From Rhodothermales bacterium (GTDB taxonomy: Bacteria > Bacteroidota > Rhodothermia > Rhodothermales > VXPQ01): a stretch of DNA of 64,000 nucleotides. Position numbers and translations under genes: made by a program. The DNA is taken from contig OX638293.1 in NCBI GenBank assembly GCA_951812335.1, positions 2,120,731-2,184,730 of the forward strand, written 5' to 3'. This document shows, piece by piece, positions 1-10,698 of this stretch (the first letter of the stretch is position 1; each line of letters opens with the position of its first letter). The notes under the pieces were generated by a model. That model was not told where the DNA came from. It worked only from the letters and a program-made list of their open reading frames with translations, and did no database searches.

Positions 1-476
1 TCGTCCAGCGTGGTACGCTCTTCCTCAGGAATTGCCGCAATACCTGCATAGCTGGCGCCCAGAATCCGGACTGCTTCGCCCGTTTCGTCGATCCGCTCGC
101 GCAGCGTGTCCAGATCGACATGCAGCGACGGGACGGAAAGGCCGACCTCGTCGAGCAGGCCCCGCAGAGCCTCCGGCTTCATGCCGAAATAGCCGCTGAT
201 GCCGAACCCCAGTTGCGGCGTCAGTGCCGCCCACATTTCATGCACGGCGGGCACACTGAACGGGTACGGCCCGTAGATTTCTATCTCCTTGTAGCCCATG
301 TCGGCCAAAAGACGCATGGTTCCCTCAAAATCCTCTTCGAGGAGATGAGGAATGGAAAACAGGCCGAGGCCCACACGCTCTACGAGCGCCGCTTTAGGGG
401 TGGAGGAACATCCCGTAACGTACAGGCCGGCGCCGCCGACGCCCAGCAGACTAAAAAAAGAACGACGATCGATCAT
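1..476 (-). CDS. sugar phosphate isomerase/epimerase (xylose-isomerase-like TIM barrel), 5' part only; gene continues past window start
   Basis: Not in ORF track because it runs off the edge. Hand translation from ATG at 476 (minus) gives MIDRRSFFSLLGVGGAGLYVTGCSS (twin-arginine RRSFF, lipobox-like VTGC). It continues GLFSIPHLLEEDFEGTMRLLADMGYKEIEIYGPYPF, a typical N-terminus of AP-endonuclease-2/xylose-isomerase-like TIM barrels. Confidence 0.6.
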   Translation of the reverse strand, partial: MIDRRSFFSLLGVGGAGLYVTGCSSTPKAALVERVGLGLFSIPHLLEEDFEGTMRLLADMGYKEIEIYGPYPFSVPAVHEMWAALTPQLGFGISGYFGMKPEALRGLLDEVGLSVPSLHVDLDTLRERIDETGEAVRILGASYAGIAAIPEEERTTLD

Positions 477-531
477 GGATTGGGAGATCAGGTTGCGGAA
501 GTAGCGGCAAACGGGGGTATCGGGAAGATTT

Positions 532-1002
532 TTATTCCTCGTCCAGTACAAGAGGCGCCGCGCCATACAAGTGGGTAAACCGGATGCAATGAATGACAAC
601 GGATCGAAACGGGCGGATATCGAGGTCCGTTTCCAGGTCATAGGTCTGAGCGCCTGATCTCGACTGCAATTCGTCCACGACATGGGCGCCCGTCACCATC
701 ACATTGTCGTTGTCGGCTTCGGCCATGCCGGTTGGCGTAAGCACTACGTGCAGATCCGGTCCCCAGTCCGTCCGGAACGTTTCCGACAGAACAAGGCGGA
801 GCCCCTCGCCGGCGTCCTCGATCCGGTACGCGCCGCTTGTCTCCTGGCCGCCCTTGTCCGTGAACGATCCGGAGGCGATAATATCTGCCGGCTCGGCTAT
901 TTCATCCGCGGAGGCACTCGCGCCCCCGCCGCATGCGGCAAGCGCAAGACAGGCCCCGTACACAAGTATCGAAAAGAGGATTCCGGAAGAACGGTGTTTC
1001 AT
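532..1002 (-). CDS. DM13-domain lipoprotein (putative)
   Basis: 156-aa ORF with signal peptide and lipobox LALAAC-GGG. The segment GSFTDKGGQETSGAYRIED..LVLSETFRTDWGPDLHVVL resembles DM13 domains. Confidence 0.5.
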   Translation of the reverse strand: MKHRSSGILFSILVYGACLALAACGGGASASADEIAEPADIIASGSFTDKGGQETSGAYRIEDAGEGLRLVLSETFRTDWGPDLHVVLTPTGMAEADNDNVMVTGAHVVDELQSRSGAQTYDLETDLDIRPFRSVVIHCIRFTHLYGAAPLVLDEE

Positions 1003-1018
1003 GACGACTATACGCTAA

Positions 1019-1059
1019 GGATACGCCGATTAAGTCCGCAAAGCTCAGGGGCTGCGAGG
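1019..1059 (+). repeat. degenerate, truncated copy of the 5' end of the 190-nt intergenic element
   Basis: ggatacgccgattaagtccgcaaagctcaggggctgcgagg matches the first ~41 nt of the elements at 20037 and 63096. It lies 17 nt upstream of the DM13 gene start. Confidence 0.6.
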
Positions 1060-1388
1060 AGCACTTCACGCAGCCCATCGCCGGATGGTTCCGGACGGGA
1101 AGCTGCCGAATTGCTTCGATAATACGGGTTCGCACAATAACAAGCGAACGGATCGACAGCCGGAGCCGCGGCGCCGGAGGGATAGTACCGGCGCCCCCGA
1201 CACCGGGAGCGATGGCGTGGAGAGGCCCGGGCCTTAACGATATGCAGCATGCCAGGCGAACAGAACCCGATCCGTATGCAACAAGGAGCATTTTTTCGTC
1301 TTGTTCGTATCGTACGGTCGTACGCAGGCGACAGCCTCCCTATGTCTCAGTCCATATACTATAAGAACTTATAAAAAATTTTAATTAA

Positions 1389-2252
1389 ATGACTGAATCT
1401 GTTGCCCAGGAGGGCGTTACCCGGTTATATCTATGTACGGATGGCCCGCTTCTCGAAACGGACGGGCGCTTCTTTTCTATCCGGGACACCAGCTGGGACG
1501 ACCTCTTCAACGATCCCGCGCTGGGCGAGCGGCTTGCACAGTACGCCCGCAATGCCCGGGAAACCGAGCCGCCTCGCCCGGAGGATCTGCTTGCCACCAT
1601 CGGGCGTCAGGAGATCTGGGCCGCCGGGGTGACCTACTGGCGCAGCAGGACGGCCCGCATGGCGGAATCCGAAGAGACCGCCGATGCATACGACCGGGTA
1701 TACAATGCGGCGCGCCCCGAGATTTTCTTCAAGGCTACGCCGCACCGGGTAGCGGGCCCGGGCCAGGCCGTACGTATCCGCCGGGATACATGCTGGAGCG
1801 TACCGGAACCGGAACTGGCCGTGGCCATCAACGCAGCCGGCGAAGCGTTCGGATACGCCATCGGCAACGACATGAGCGCACGGGACATAGAGGGAGAGAA
1901 TCCGCTGTACCTGCCGCAAGCCAAGGTATACGACCAGTGCTGCGGGCTGGGGCCGTGCATCCTCGTTTCCGAAGAACCGCCGGGACCGGATACGTCGATC
2001 CGGCTGGTCGTGGAACGCAGCGGCGCTGTCGCCTTCGACGACGCAACGACGCTCAGCGAACTGCGGCGTTCGATCGGAGAACTGGTTACCTACCTGTTTC
2101 GCGACAACTCCTTCCCCGACGGTTGTTTCCTTCTTACCGGAACCGGTGTCGTGCCGCCCGACGACTTTTCCCTGGCGCCAGGAGATCGTATCCGGATCGC
2201 CATCGACCCCATCGGCGTGCTGGAAAACTACGTCGTACAGGACGCCGCATAG
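1389..2252 (+). CDS. fumarylacetoacetate hydrolase (FAH) family protein, 2-keto-3-deoxy-pentonate dehydratase-like
   Basis: 287-aa ORF. The C-terminal FAH fold signature GNDMSARDIEGENPLYLPQAKVYDQCCGLGPCI is present. An AT-rich promoter-like stretch lies just upstream. Confidence 0.75.
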   Translation: MTESVAQEGVTRLYLCTDGPLLETDGRFFSIRDTSWDDLFNDPALGERLAQYARNARETEPPRPEDLLATIGRQEIWAAGVTYWRSRTARMAESEETADAYDRVYNAARPEIFFKATPHRVAGPGQAVRIRRDTCWSVPEPELAVAINAAGEAFGYAIGNDMSARDIEGENPLYLPQAKVYDQCCGLGPCILVSEEPPGPDTSIRLVVERSGAVAFDDATTLSELRRSIGELVTYLFRDNSFPDGCFLLTGTGVVPPDDFSLAPGDRIRIAIDPIGVLENYVVQDAA

Positions 2253-2261
2253 GCCGCACAC

Positions 2262-4202
2262 TCAGACATCCAGCGCGTCCGCATCCGCGGCGTGGTTCAT
2301 GATGAAGCGGAACCGCGCAGAGGCGTCCTTTCCCATGAGGTCCGCGATCGTGCGCTCGGTGCCGAGCCGCTCCTCCTCGTGGATGCACACTTGCAACAAC
2401 ATGCGCTTCTCGGGATCGAGAGTCGTTTCCCGGAGCGTTGAGGGCATCATTTCTCCGAGGCCTTTGAAGCGCTGCACCATGACGTTGCGGCGTCCTTTCT
2501 CTCCCCGCTCGATCTTGCGCAGAATGCGATCCTTGTCGGCCTCGTCGAGCGCCCACCAGGTGTCCTTGCCCGCATCCAGCCTGTACAGCGGAGGCTGCGC
2601 GATGTACGCGAACCCCTCCGTGATCAGTGGGCGCATGTACCGGTAGAAAAACGTCAGGAGCAACGTGGCGATGTGGTGCCCGTCGGAATCCGCGTCCATG
2701 AGCAGGATGACCTTGTGGTAGCGGAGGCGGGTCAGATCGATCTCGTCCCCCATGCCGCAGCCCAGCGCCTTGACCACGTTCGAAAGCTCCTTATTCTCCC
2801 GCACCTTGTTCGCTGCGTGCTGCTCCGCATTGAGCACCTTGCCGCGCAGCGGCAGCACCGCCTGAAATGCGCGGTCCCTCCCCTGCTTGGCCGACCCCCC
2901 GGCGGAATCTCCTTCCACAATGAACAGTTCGCTTTGGACCGGATCGGTCGAGGAACAGTCCGCCAGTTTACCGGGCAGATTGAGCCGGTGGCTGATGTTT
3001 GTCTTCCGGCGGACGTCGCGGGCGGCAGTGCGCGAGGCGCGGCGGGCCTTCGCGGACTGTATGACGCGCGCGGCGATGGCCTCCCCCGTCGTGGGATGCG
3101 CATTCAGAAACCGCTCCAGCTCGAGGCGCATGGCGCCGGCAACAACCGGGCGGGCGCTCGGGTTGTTCAGTTTTTCCTTGGTCTGCCCCTGAAACTGCGG
3201 CTCTATCATGAACAGATTCAGGATAGCTACAAGCCCTTCCCGAATATCGTCCGCCGAAATGTCGAGGTTCTTCGGCAGCAGCTCGTGCGTTTCCATGTAG
3301 GCGCGTACGGCGCTGCGCACCGCATCGCGGAATCCCTGCTCATGGGCGCCTCCTTCCTCCGTGGGAATACCGTTGACGAAGGACCGGACATGTTCGCGGG
3401 GCGCCTCCGTCCACTGCAGCGCCACCTCCACACGGGCGCCGTCCGTCATGTCTTGCTGGCGCACCAGGAACTGCTCCTCGTGTACGGGCCGCTCGCCCAG
3501 CCCCTTCACCCGTTCGGTCAGAAACTCCGAAATCCCTCCCTCATGGCGGTATTCGCGACGGACGCCGGTAATCCCGTTCCTGAATACGATGCACAGCGCG
3601 GCATTCAGGTAGGTCTTTATTTCAAGACTCTGGCCGATGGCCTCGGCGTCGAACGCCACGGACTCGAAAATGTCCGGATCGGGCCGAAAATGGATCGACG
3701 TGCCGGTCCCGCGGCCGTTTTCGCGCACCTTGCGCACCGTGGCAAGCGGAACGCCCCGTTCGTAGCGCTGCTCCCATACGGCGCCGTCGCGACGGACCGT
3801 CACCGTCATTTCCTCCGAAAGGGCATTCACGACCGATGCGCCCACGCCGTGCAGCCCCCCTGACGCGATATAATTCGTCTGGTCGAATTTTCCGCCCGCG
3901 TGCAAGGTCGTCATGATGAGTTGCAGAGCGGATATCTTTTTCGAGGGGTGGATGTCTACCGGGATACCCCGCCCGTTGTCCGACACCGTGACGCTGCGCC
4001 CATCCTCGTGGAGCGTCACCTCGATGTGAGACGCATAGCCGTTGGTGGCCTCGTCCACCGCGTTGTCGACGATCTCCCAAAGCAGGTGATGCAGGCCCGC
4101 CTTGCCCGTGCCGCCCACGTACATCCCCGGACGCTTGCGCACCGGGTCCAGCCCTTCGAGGACCTGGATATCGGCGCCCGTATATGTCCGTACTTCGCTC
4201 AT
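2262..4202 (-). CDS. parE: type IIA topoisomerase subunit B, most likely topoisomerase IV ParE
   Basis: 646 aa with GHKL ATPase N-terminus ([33 protein letters not shown]) and TOPRIM ([20 protein letters not shown]). It overlaps the partner A-subunit gene by 4 nt. Confidence 0.7.
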   Translation of the reverse strand: MSEVRTYTGADIQVLEGLDPVRKRPGMYVGGTGKAGLHHLLWEIVDNAVDEATNGYASHIEVTLHEDGRSVTVSDNGRGIPVDIHPSKKISALQLIMTTLHAGGKFDQTNYIASGGLHGVGASVVNALSEEMTVTVRRDGAVWEQRYERGVPLATVRKVRENGRGTGTSIHFRPDPDIFESVAFDAEAIGQSLEIKTYLNAALCIVFRNGITGVRREYRHEGGISEFLTERVKGLGERPVHEEQFLVRQQDMTDGARVEVALQWTEAPREHVRSFVNGIPTEEGGAHEQGFRDAVRSAVRAYMETHELLPKNLDISADDIREGLVAILNLFMIEPQFQGQTKEKLNNPSARPVVAGAMRLELERFLNAHPTTGEAIAARVIQSAKARRASRTAARDVRRKTNISHRLNLPGKLADCSSTDPVQSELFIVEGDSAGGSAKQGRDRAFQAVLPLRGKVLNAEQHAANKVRENKELSNVVKALGCGMGDEIDLTRLRYHKVILLMDADSDGHHIATLLLTFFYRYMRPLITEGFAYIAQPPLYRLDAGKDTWWALDEADKDRILRKIERGEKGRRNVMVQRFKGLGEMMPSTLRETTLDPEKRMLLQVCIHEEERLGTERTIADLMGKDASARFRFIMNHAADADALDV

Positions 4203-6517
4203 ATCCGTATTTCCACCGGTTCGGGAACGATCCGGGCCACATGGCCCCGCCTGATAATGGCTTTGCCCCTGTTGCCGCGCCGGGAAACCTCGAATTTGGT
4301 GGTGCGCACCGTCTCGATGCGCCCCCGGCTCGTTTCGATCTTGAGGCCGTCGCGGGCCGCGCTGGAGAGCGTGCAGCCGAGTACACGGTCGTCCGCGCCG
4401 AGACGCATGGCGATAACCCCTTTCGCTGCGCTCTTGAACACAGGAATCTGGGAAGCGGGGAAAATGAGCACATACCCGGCGCCGGAGGCCATGCAGACGT
4501 TTTCGTCTCCGGCCGCCGGTTCGGCGCCGACCGCTTCGCCCCCGTTTTCCAGTTTGATGTAGGTCCGCCCTTTTCGGGTCGAGGGCTCCGCAAAACCGTC
4601 CAGCGGCATACGCACGGCCTGCCCCCCGGAAGTGATCGCCACGAGGAGCGGCTCCGTTCGGGCAGGGGCGTGTCCGTTCTTCGGAAACAGTTCCGGCTCG
4701 ACGTCCGGCTCGGCGATCGGCCTGGGAAGCGCCCGTTCGTCGAACGAAACGACCCCGACGACATGCTCCTTATCCGAGAAATCGAAGAATTTCTGGATAG
4801 GATCTCCGTACCCGGTCGTGTTCGGCAATGTGTCTGCACGAAGCGAATAACACCGCCCGAAGTTGGTGAAGAAACCCACTGCTCCGCGGGTGGAGGCGGG
4901 CAATATCCAGCCCACGCCGTCGCCCTCCCGGACGCGGATGCTGTCGATATCCGTGTACGTGCGCTGACGCTTGATCCATCCGTCCCGCGTCACGATGGCG
5001 TAGCAGTCCTCGGCGACGATATAATCCTCGGCGGCGTATTCGATGACCTTATCCGGGCCAGCTATGTGCGTCTTGCGGTCTGTGCCGAATGCAGCGGCCG
5101 TCGCCCGGATTTCGGCGCGCACGAGCCCCCACTGCTTGTCCTCCGAAGCGAGGATGGCGCGTACGTCCGCGGCGCGCGCCAGTTTGTCTTCCAGTTCCCG
5201 GCGGATTTCCTCGATCTCCATCCGGGCCAGTCTGTAGAGTTTTATTTCGAGGATGGCGTCGGCCTGCTCTTGGTCGAGCGCAAACCGGTGCATGAGCCGC
5301 GCGGCCGCATCTTTCCGATCCGCGGATGCACGGATAAGCCGGATGGCTTCGTCGAGGGCGTCGAACAGTTTCTCGAAACCGCGCAGGATGTGAATGCGCC
5401 GTTCGAGTTTTTCGAGCGCGTAGCGGAGGCGGCGTACTACGACCTCCAGACGAAAGGTCAGAAAGGCTCGCAGCGCTTCAGCGAGATTGACCTTCTTCGG
5501 AGCGGGGATCAGCGGGTTCTCCGTCGGCACGAGGCACGTCATATCGACGTGGTAACGCTTTTGCAGGTCGGTGTGGCGGAGCAGGTACGCGATGGCCGCT
5601 TCCGGATCGGCGCCCCGCCGAAGCTCCAGCACCACGCGGATGTCTTCCGTCGATTCGTCGCGTACGTCGGAGAGTTGCGGCACCCGTTCGTTGACGATGT
5701 GCTCGGCGATCTTCTCCACGAGAGCGGCCTTATTGACCATGTAGGGAACGGAGGTAATCACGATTCGGCTTTTCCCTTCCATGCCGTAGTCGCCGCGCAA
5801 TTCCACAGCCCCCTCCCCGTTCCGGTGTATCCCCAGTAACTCGGCGGGCGTGTTCAGAATGCGTCCGGCGGTAGGGAAATCCGGTCCCGGCACGCGCTGC
5901 GCCAATTCCTCGACGGGCGCTTCCGGGTGATCGATCAGGTGGACCAGCGCATCCGTCACCTCTCGCAGATTATGCGGGGGGATTTTCGTGGCCATGCCGA
6001 CAGCGATCCCGTCCGCTCCGTTGACGAGGAGATTCGGGATGCGAGACGGGAGCACCACGGGCTCGTCGTAACTGCCGTCGAAATTGGGCCGGAAATCCAC
6101 AGTGTTCTGCCGGATTTCCTCCAGCATTTCCACGGCCAGCGCACGCAGCCTGACCTCGGTATAGCGCATGGCGGCAGGGTTGTCCCCGTCGATGGAGCCG
6201 AAGTTGCCGTGCCCGTCCACCAGCGGGTCGCGCAGGGAGAAGTCCTGGGCCATCCGCACCATCGCATCGTAAATGGCCGTGTCGCCGTGGGGGTGGTACT
6301 TGCCCATCACTTCGCCCACGACCGCTGCGCTCTTGCGGTACCGGGCGTCGGGGGTAAGCCGCAGGTTGGCGTACATGGCGTACAGAATGCGCCGTTGCAC
6401 GGGCTTGAGGCCGTCGCGGATATCCGGCAGGGCGCGGCTCATGATGACGGACAGCGCGTAGCTCAGATAGCGCTCCCGGGTCGTTTCCTGCAGGGATATG
6501 GTTTCGACGATAGGCAT
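4199..6517 (-). CDS. parC: type IIA topoisomerase subunit A, most likely topoisomerase IV ParC
   Basis: 772 aa with N-terminus [19 protein letters not shown] and catalytic-Tyr region AAMRYTE. It is shorter than typical GyrA. No GyrA-box (QRRGGKG-like) is visible in the first C-terminal-domain blade ([21 protein letters not shown]). Confidence 0.7.
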   Translation of the reverse strand: MPIVETISLQETTRERYLSYALSVIMSRALPDIRDGLKPVQRRILYAMYANLRLTPDARYRKSAAVVGEVMGKYHPHGDTAIYDAMVRMAQDFSLRDPLVDGHGNFGSIDGDNPAAMRYTEVRLRALAVEMLEEIRQNTVDFRPNFDGSYDEPVVLPSRIPNLLVNGADGIAVGMATKIPPHNLREVTDALVHLIDHPEAPVEELAQRVPGPDFPTAGRILNTPAELLGIHRNGEGAVELRGDYGMEGKSRIVITSVPYMVNKAALVEKIAEHIVNERVPQLSDVRDESTEDIRVVLELRRGADPEAAIAYLLRHTDLQKRYHVDMTCLVPTENPLIPAPKKVNLAEALRAFLTFRLEVVVRRLRYALEKLERRIHILRGFEKLFDALDEAIRLIRASADRKDAAARLMHRFALDQEQADAILEIKLYRLARMEIEEIRRELEDKLARAADVRAILASEDKQWGLVRAEIRATAAAFGTDRKTHIAGPDKVIEYAAEDYIVAEDCYAIVTRDGWIKRQRTYTDIDSIRVREGDGVGWILPASTRGAVGFFTNFGRCYSLRADTLPNTTGYGDPIQKFFDFSDKEHVVGVVSFDERALPRPIAEPDVEPELFPKNGHAPARTEPLLVAITSGGQAVRMPLDGFAEPSTRKGRTYIKLENGGEAVGAEPAAGDENVCMASGAGYVLIFPASQIPVFKSAAKGVIAMRLGADDRVLGCTLSSAARDGLKIETSRGRIETVRTTKFEVSRRGNRGKAIIRRGHVARIVPEPVEIRI

Positions 6518-6845
6518 TGGAGGATGCTTTACAGGGCGCTAAAGGGGTGCGGGGCGGGATTCGGTTTCAATAACGGATATAATATTATAAAATATTGCGA
6601 GCATTCGTGGTCATCGTTTCCCTGCACCATAACGGCGTTCCTCACGAGCAAGCGCCCGAATCAGGCGGCCATCCCGGCAATAACGGCTCCATGAGTGGAA
6701 AGGTACGAATTAGGAAGCGGAAATTCCAGTGGGGAAAGCGGATTCGTCGCTGCCGTTTTTTGCATCGTCGCTCCGGAGTTCCAGGCATCGCCTGGCGCCG
6801 AAACTGGCGGAAACGGGAAGATTGCGACTGCTTGCACCCCATTTA

Positions 6846-6857
6846 GGATACTCTGAT
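6846..6857 (+). repeat. solo copy of 12-nt motif GGATACTCTGAT
   Basis: Exact 12-mer, 13 nt downstream of the gpsA stop. Confidence 0.7.
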
Positions 6858-6869
6858 CCAAACAACCCC

Positions 6870-7874
6870 CTACCCCTCCTGCTTCAACCCCCGCGCCATG
6901 AGTCCCTCGACAGCATCCCGGGGCGTCATCCCCTCGAAAAGAATACGGTAAACGGCTTCGGTGATAGGCATCTCGACATCGTACCGGCCCGCAAGCCGGT
7001 ACACCGAATCGGCTGTGCTCATGCCTTCCGCCACCATGTTCATTTCCTTTCGGATAGCTTCCGGACTGGCGCCCTGACCGATGCGTTCTCCGACATACCG
7101 GTTGCGGCTATACCGGCTCATGCAGGTAACCACCAGATCGCCGAGTCCGGCAAGGCCCGCAAATGTACTCTCTCTGGCGCCCATCGCAAGGCCCAGCCGC
7201 TGGATTTCCGCCAACCCTCGCGTCACAATGGCGGATTTGGTGTTGTCGCCATATCCGAGCCCGTCTCCGATGCCGGCCGCCAGCGCCATGACATTCTTTA
7301 CGGAACTGGCGATCTCGACGCCCAGCAAGTCGGGATTGCGGTACACCCGGAAGCGCGGCGCAGCAAATACGGACTGTATTTCCTCCACGGTATCCTCGGA
7401 ATGGGCGGCGGCCACAACCGTGGTGGGTTTCTCCTGCGCAACTTCCTCGGCATGGCTGGGGCCGGACAGCACCCCCAGCCGCTCCGGCGGTACGGACTGC
7501 AGCACATCGGCAAGCACGCTCGTCGTCGTATACAGCGAGCCGATCTCAATGCCCTTGGCCACCGATACGTAGACCAGATCGTCCCTGGTCTCGCCCCGTA
7601 CCTGCATGGCGCAGGCGCGCACGGCCTGTGCCGGCATGGCGAAAACCCACATGTCGCGGTCCTGCACGGCTGACCGGATATCCGACGTAATGGAAATGCT
7701 GTCCGGAAGCAGCGCGGTCGACAGATAGGCAGGATTATGCCGCGTACGGCGCATGGCCTCGGCAGCCTCCGAGCGCCTGGCCCATAGCACGACATCGTGG
7801 CCCAATTTTGCAAGCAGAATAGCAAGGGCCGTCCCCCAGCTACCCGCTCCCAACATGGCAATGCGTCTGGTCAC
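6870..7874 (-). CDS. gpsA: NAD(P)H-dependent glycerol-3-phosphate dehydrogenase
   Basis: 334 aa with Rossmann start IAMLGAGSWGTALAILLA and overall GpsA-like sequence. It sits downstream of plsY. Confidence 0.9.
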   Translation of the reverse strand: MTRRIAMLGAGSWGTALAILLAKLGHDVVLWARRSEAAEAMRRTRHNPAYLSTALLPDSISITSDIRSAVQDRDMWVFAMPAQAVRACAMQVRGETRDDLVYVSVAKGIEIGSLYTTTSVLADVLQSVPPERLGVLSGPSHAEEVAQEKPTTVVAAAHSEDTVEEIQSVFAAPRFRVYRNPDLLGVEIASSVKNVMALAAGIGDGLGYGDNTKSAIVTRGLAEIQRLGLAMGARESTFAGLAGLGDLVVTCMSRYSRNRYVGERIGQGASPEAIRKEMNMVAEGMSTADSVYRLAGRYDVEMPITEAVYRILFEGMTPRDAVEGLMARGLKQEG

Positions 7875-7889
7875 AACGACGCCCTCTCG

Positions 7890-8573
7890 CTACAACTCGC
7901 CACGGCCTTTCATGCCCTGCGCCGGACGGAAGGAACGAATCCGATTCTCCGTTCCGCTGAACAATCGGCGTATGTTGGTCCGGTGCGCAAGAACAATGCT
8001 CACCGTGATCGCAATCCCGAAAACGAGCAGGCTCGGATCGACCCGTTCGATGTCGAATACATAGCGCCGAATGGCCACCACGGACGGGAAGGCCGCCGCC
8101 GCCGAAAGCGAGGCTACCGAAACGTACCGTGAAGAAAGAAGCACGATCAGGAAGATGGCCAGCGTAATCCCCATGGTGGCCGGCGTCAGGGCAAACAGTA
8201 CCCCGGCAGCGGTGTTTACGCCCTTGCCTCCCCGGAAACCCGCCCACACCGGATACATATGTCCAATAATCGCCGCCACGCCAGCCAGAAGCCGTACGAC
8301 TACTTCCATTTGCCAGACGGCGAACCCCGCAGGAAGCGCATCCAGCCGGAGCGATGCAATAACGCCGGCGGCCAGCAGCCCCTTGCCCAGATCCACGAAC
8401 GAGGCAAGCACGCCCGCTTTCCATCCGAGCACCCGGAAAACGTTCGTCGCTCCGGCGTTACGGCTTCCGTGCAAACGGATATCCACGCCGTGCATCCACT
8501 GGCCTACCCAGACACTGCCGGGTATGGAGCCCGCCAGATAACTCAGGATCAGAATAACGGCAAGAGACAGCAT
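7890..8573 (-). CDS. plsY: glycerol-3-phosphate acyltransferase PlsY
   Basis: ORF 7890..8663 contains YLAGSIPGSVWVG..HGSRNAGATNVFRVLG, the PlsY signature. The likely true start is the internal Met (MLSLAVILIL) at 8573, giving 227 aa. Confidence 0.85.
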   Translation of the reverse strand: MLSLAVILILSYLAGSIPGSVWVGQWMHGVDIRLHGSRNAGATNVFRVLGWKAGVLASFVDLGKGLLAAGVIASLRLDALPAGFAVWQMEVVVRLLAGVAAIIGHMYPVWAGFRGGKGVNTAAGVLFALTPATMGITLAIFLIVLLSSRYVSVASLSAAAAFPSVVAIRRYVFDIERVDPSLLVFGIAITVSIVLAHRTNIRRLFSGTENRIRSFRPAQGMKGRGEL

Positions 8574-8884
8574 GACACGAAGAAGGTAAGAATTGCTTCG
8601 GGTATGTGTGAACACGCCGGACGCCCTTACAGGTTTCCGGAGAAGCGCAAGAAGGCTTGCCAATTTAGGCGTTCAACTGCTTCGCAGTCGTCGTTTTTCC
8701 GGAAATTATATCCCGGTAACGTCTGGAAATGGATCCGCTGCCAATGCCCTCTTCTATAGACAATGGGACGTAATGAAGAAATGGTAAATCATAGCGAAAT
8801 CCCTGAAGCCCCCGCAACGGCCACCCTCGCGAATGGGCATGATGCGGCCGATGAAACATAGGCTAACATACCGGAAAGGCGCCG

Positions 8885-8944
8885 AAATTACTCCAAAAAG
8901 GTATGGAAAAGGTATAAAAAAGGTATATAAATTACTCAAAAAGG
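8885..8944. promoter_or_regulatory. helically phased direct repeats (3 x AAAGGTAT at 11-bp spacing) flanked by AAATTACTC(C)AAAAAGG repeats, upstream of plsY-gpsA
   Basis: AAAGGTAT occurs at 8897, 8908 and 8919. AAATTACTCCAAAAAGG occurs at 8885 and AAATTACTCAAAAAGG at 8929. The patch is AT-rich in a GC-rich genome. Confidence 0.35.
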
Positions 8945-8990
8945 GCCCGGAAGCGCGCAAGCTCCTCGTGTAAACGGTGGAGATCGTCCG

Positions 8991-9458
8991 TCACGACGAC
9001 TGCGAAACGGAGGCGCCTCCACCCTCGCAGTACGCCTTCACGGCATCCATGTCCACCGCAATCGCCTTGGCGACGACGCCCTTGATGAGCGGCGCCATCA
9101 GGCGCGACAGGATCCTGTATGGACGCGCGTCCATCACCATGTCGAGCCGGGTGCCGCCGCCATCGCCCAATGGGGTCACCGTGAACACCGTGTCCCAGAT
9201 CGTCCCGCCCTCGTCCGATACCATGCGGACTCGCTCGTTCGCCACGAACTCGGTAACCTCGATTTCCGTGGTCGCTTCCCTGCTCCGCATCACACGTGTT
9301 TCCCGGAACCGGGCTCCCACGCCAACCCTTTGGTCGGTCAGGAACTCCACGCGCACCAGGTGCGGCACGGCCTCGCTGTAGTTGGAGATATCGGACACAG
9401 TCGAAAAGACCATTTCGGGGGCGGCGTCTATGGCTCGACTCACTACGGTTCGGGGCAT
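8991..9458 (-). CDS. SRPBCC (START/polyketide-cyclase-like) family protein
   Basis: ORF 8991..9614 overlaps the upstream gene. The internal start MPRTVVSRAIDAAPEMVFSTVSDISNYSEAVPHL at 9458 gives 155 aa with an SRPBCC-like N-terminus. Confidence 0.5.
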   Translation of the reverse strand: MPRTVVSRAIDAAPEMVFSTVSDISNYSEAVPHLVRVEFLTDQRVGVGARFRETRVMRSREATTEIEVTEFVANERVRMVSDEGGTIWDTVFTVTPLGDGGGTRLDMVMDARPYRILSRLMAPLIKGVVAKAIAVDMDAVKAYCEGGGASVSQSS

Positions 9459-9498
9459 CGTCGTTGGATTTGTTTCTATCGCTCCGGGGTGTTCCCCT

Positions 9499-10698
9499 TC
9501 ACACCCGATCCAGCGCCTGTACAAGATCCGCCGCGATGTCCTCCGGGTGTTCGATGCCCACCGAAATCCGCACCAGGTTGTCGCCGATACCCAGCTGCGC
9601 GCGCCGCTTTTCACCGATGTTTTTGTGCGTCGTGGTGGCCGGATGCGTCATCAGCGAGTGTACGTCGCCGAGACTCGTCGCCCGGATCACCAGCCGCAAA
9701 GCATTGGCGAACCGGAAAACGGCGGCCTTATCGGCGTCGCGTATTTCGAAACTCACCATGCCGCCGTACAAGGTATCGCCGTCGGGACCGCGGCTGAACA
9801 GCCTCCCTGCGACCGCTTTGTCGGGATGGCTGTCGAGCCCTGGATAATGCACTACCTCGACCCGGGGATGCGCTTCGAGTACCTGCGCCACATGCAAGGC
9901 ATTGCGGGAATGTTCTTCCATGCGTATTGGCAGCGTCTTGATGCCCCGCATGGTCAAAAACGAGTGAAAAGGACCGAGATTCGGACCCAGGTGGCGACCC
10001 AGCTCCTGCATCCAGTCCGCATGGGCCGCACGACATACCGTCACCCCACCCAGCACATCCGCATGACCGGCAAGGTACTTGGTGGCGCTGTGCATGAGGA
10101 TATCGGCCCCAACATCGAACGGGCGGCTCAGAACAGGCGTGGTGAACGTCGCGTCCACCACCACAGGCACGCCATGTCGTTTAGCCATAGTGCAGATGGA
10201 ATCCAGGGGCGTTACCCTGACAAGCGGATTCGAAGCAGTCTCCACGAGGATGCACCCCGTGTCGCTTTGCGCAAGCGCCGCTTCGAACGCCTCTATATCG
10301 CAAGGATCCGCATAGCGAGTCATCACTTCCTGCTGTTCCATGAGTTGCAGAAGCTGGAAGGTTTCCCCAAAAAGCACTTCCGCCGTCAGAATGGAAGCAG
10401 GACGATCCCTGAGCGCCGTAAGCAGGGCGATGTGCAAGGCCGCCATGCCCGAACTGCACGCCAGCGCACTGTCGCCTCCCTCCAGTGCAGCCACCTGGCG
10501 TTGCAGAGCGGCCGCAGTCGGATTTCCGTAGCGCTGGTAGACGAAGCCTTCCATTTCCCCGTTGGCGACCGCTGTCATGTCAGCCGCCCGCCGGTAATGG
10601 AAACTGGCCGCCATTTCGAGAGCAGGCGCCGAGGGAGTGTACGGCGTATCTCCACGCTCCGGCATACACCCGTGAATGGCAAGCGTACTCTGTTTCAT
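9499..10698 (-). CDS. Cys/Met-metabolism PLP-dependent enzyme (cystathionine gamma-synthase/beta-lyase/sulfhydrylase family), paralog 2
   Basis: 399 aa with PLP-lysine motif HSATKYLAGH and N-terminal STLAIHG. There is a 4-nt overlap with the upstream paralog. Confidence 0.85.
   Translation of the reverse strand: MKQSTLAIHGCMPERGDTPYTPSAPALEMAASFHYRRAADMTAVANGEMEGFVYQRYGNPTAAALQRQVAALEGGDSALACSSGMAALHIALLTALRDRPASILTAEVLFGETFQLLQLMEQQEVMTRYADPCDIEAFEAALAQSDTGCILVETASNPLVRVTPLDSICTMAKRHGVPVVVDATFTTPVLSRPFDVGADILMHSATKYLAGHADVLGGVTVCRAAHADWMQELGRHLGPNLGPFHSFLTMRGIKTLPIRMEEHSRNALHVAQVLEAHPRVEVVHYPGLDSHPDKAVAGRLFSRGPDGDTLYGGMVSFEIRDADKAAVFRFANALRLVIRATSLGDVHSLMTHPATTTHKNIGEKRRAQLGIGDNLVRISVGIEHPEDIAADLVQALDRV

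Noticed and set aside
3622-5839. Long ORFs 3622..4839 (-) and 4184..5839 (+) overlapping the topoisomerase genes
   Set aside because: They are frame-shifted or antisense shadows of parE and parC, which carry all the canonical motifs.
2262-6517. Calling the pair gyrB/gyrA
   Set aside because: The A subunit is short, and no GyrA-box motif is visible. ParC/ParE is more consistent, although only a phylogeny can settle it.
6518-6869. 351-bp spacer between parC and gpsA examined for an ncRNA (RNase P, 6S, SRP, tmRNA)
   Set aside because: It has only short hairpins (CCAGGC-ATC-GCCTGG) and an AT-rich promoter-like patch. None of the universal motifs of those RNAs is present.
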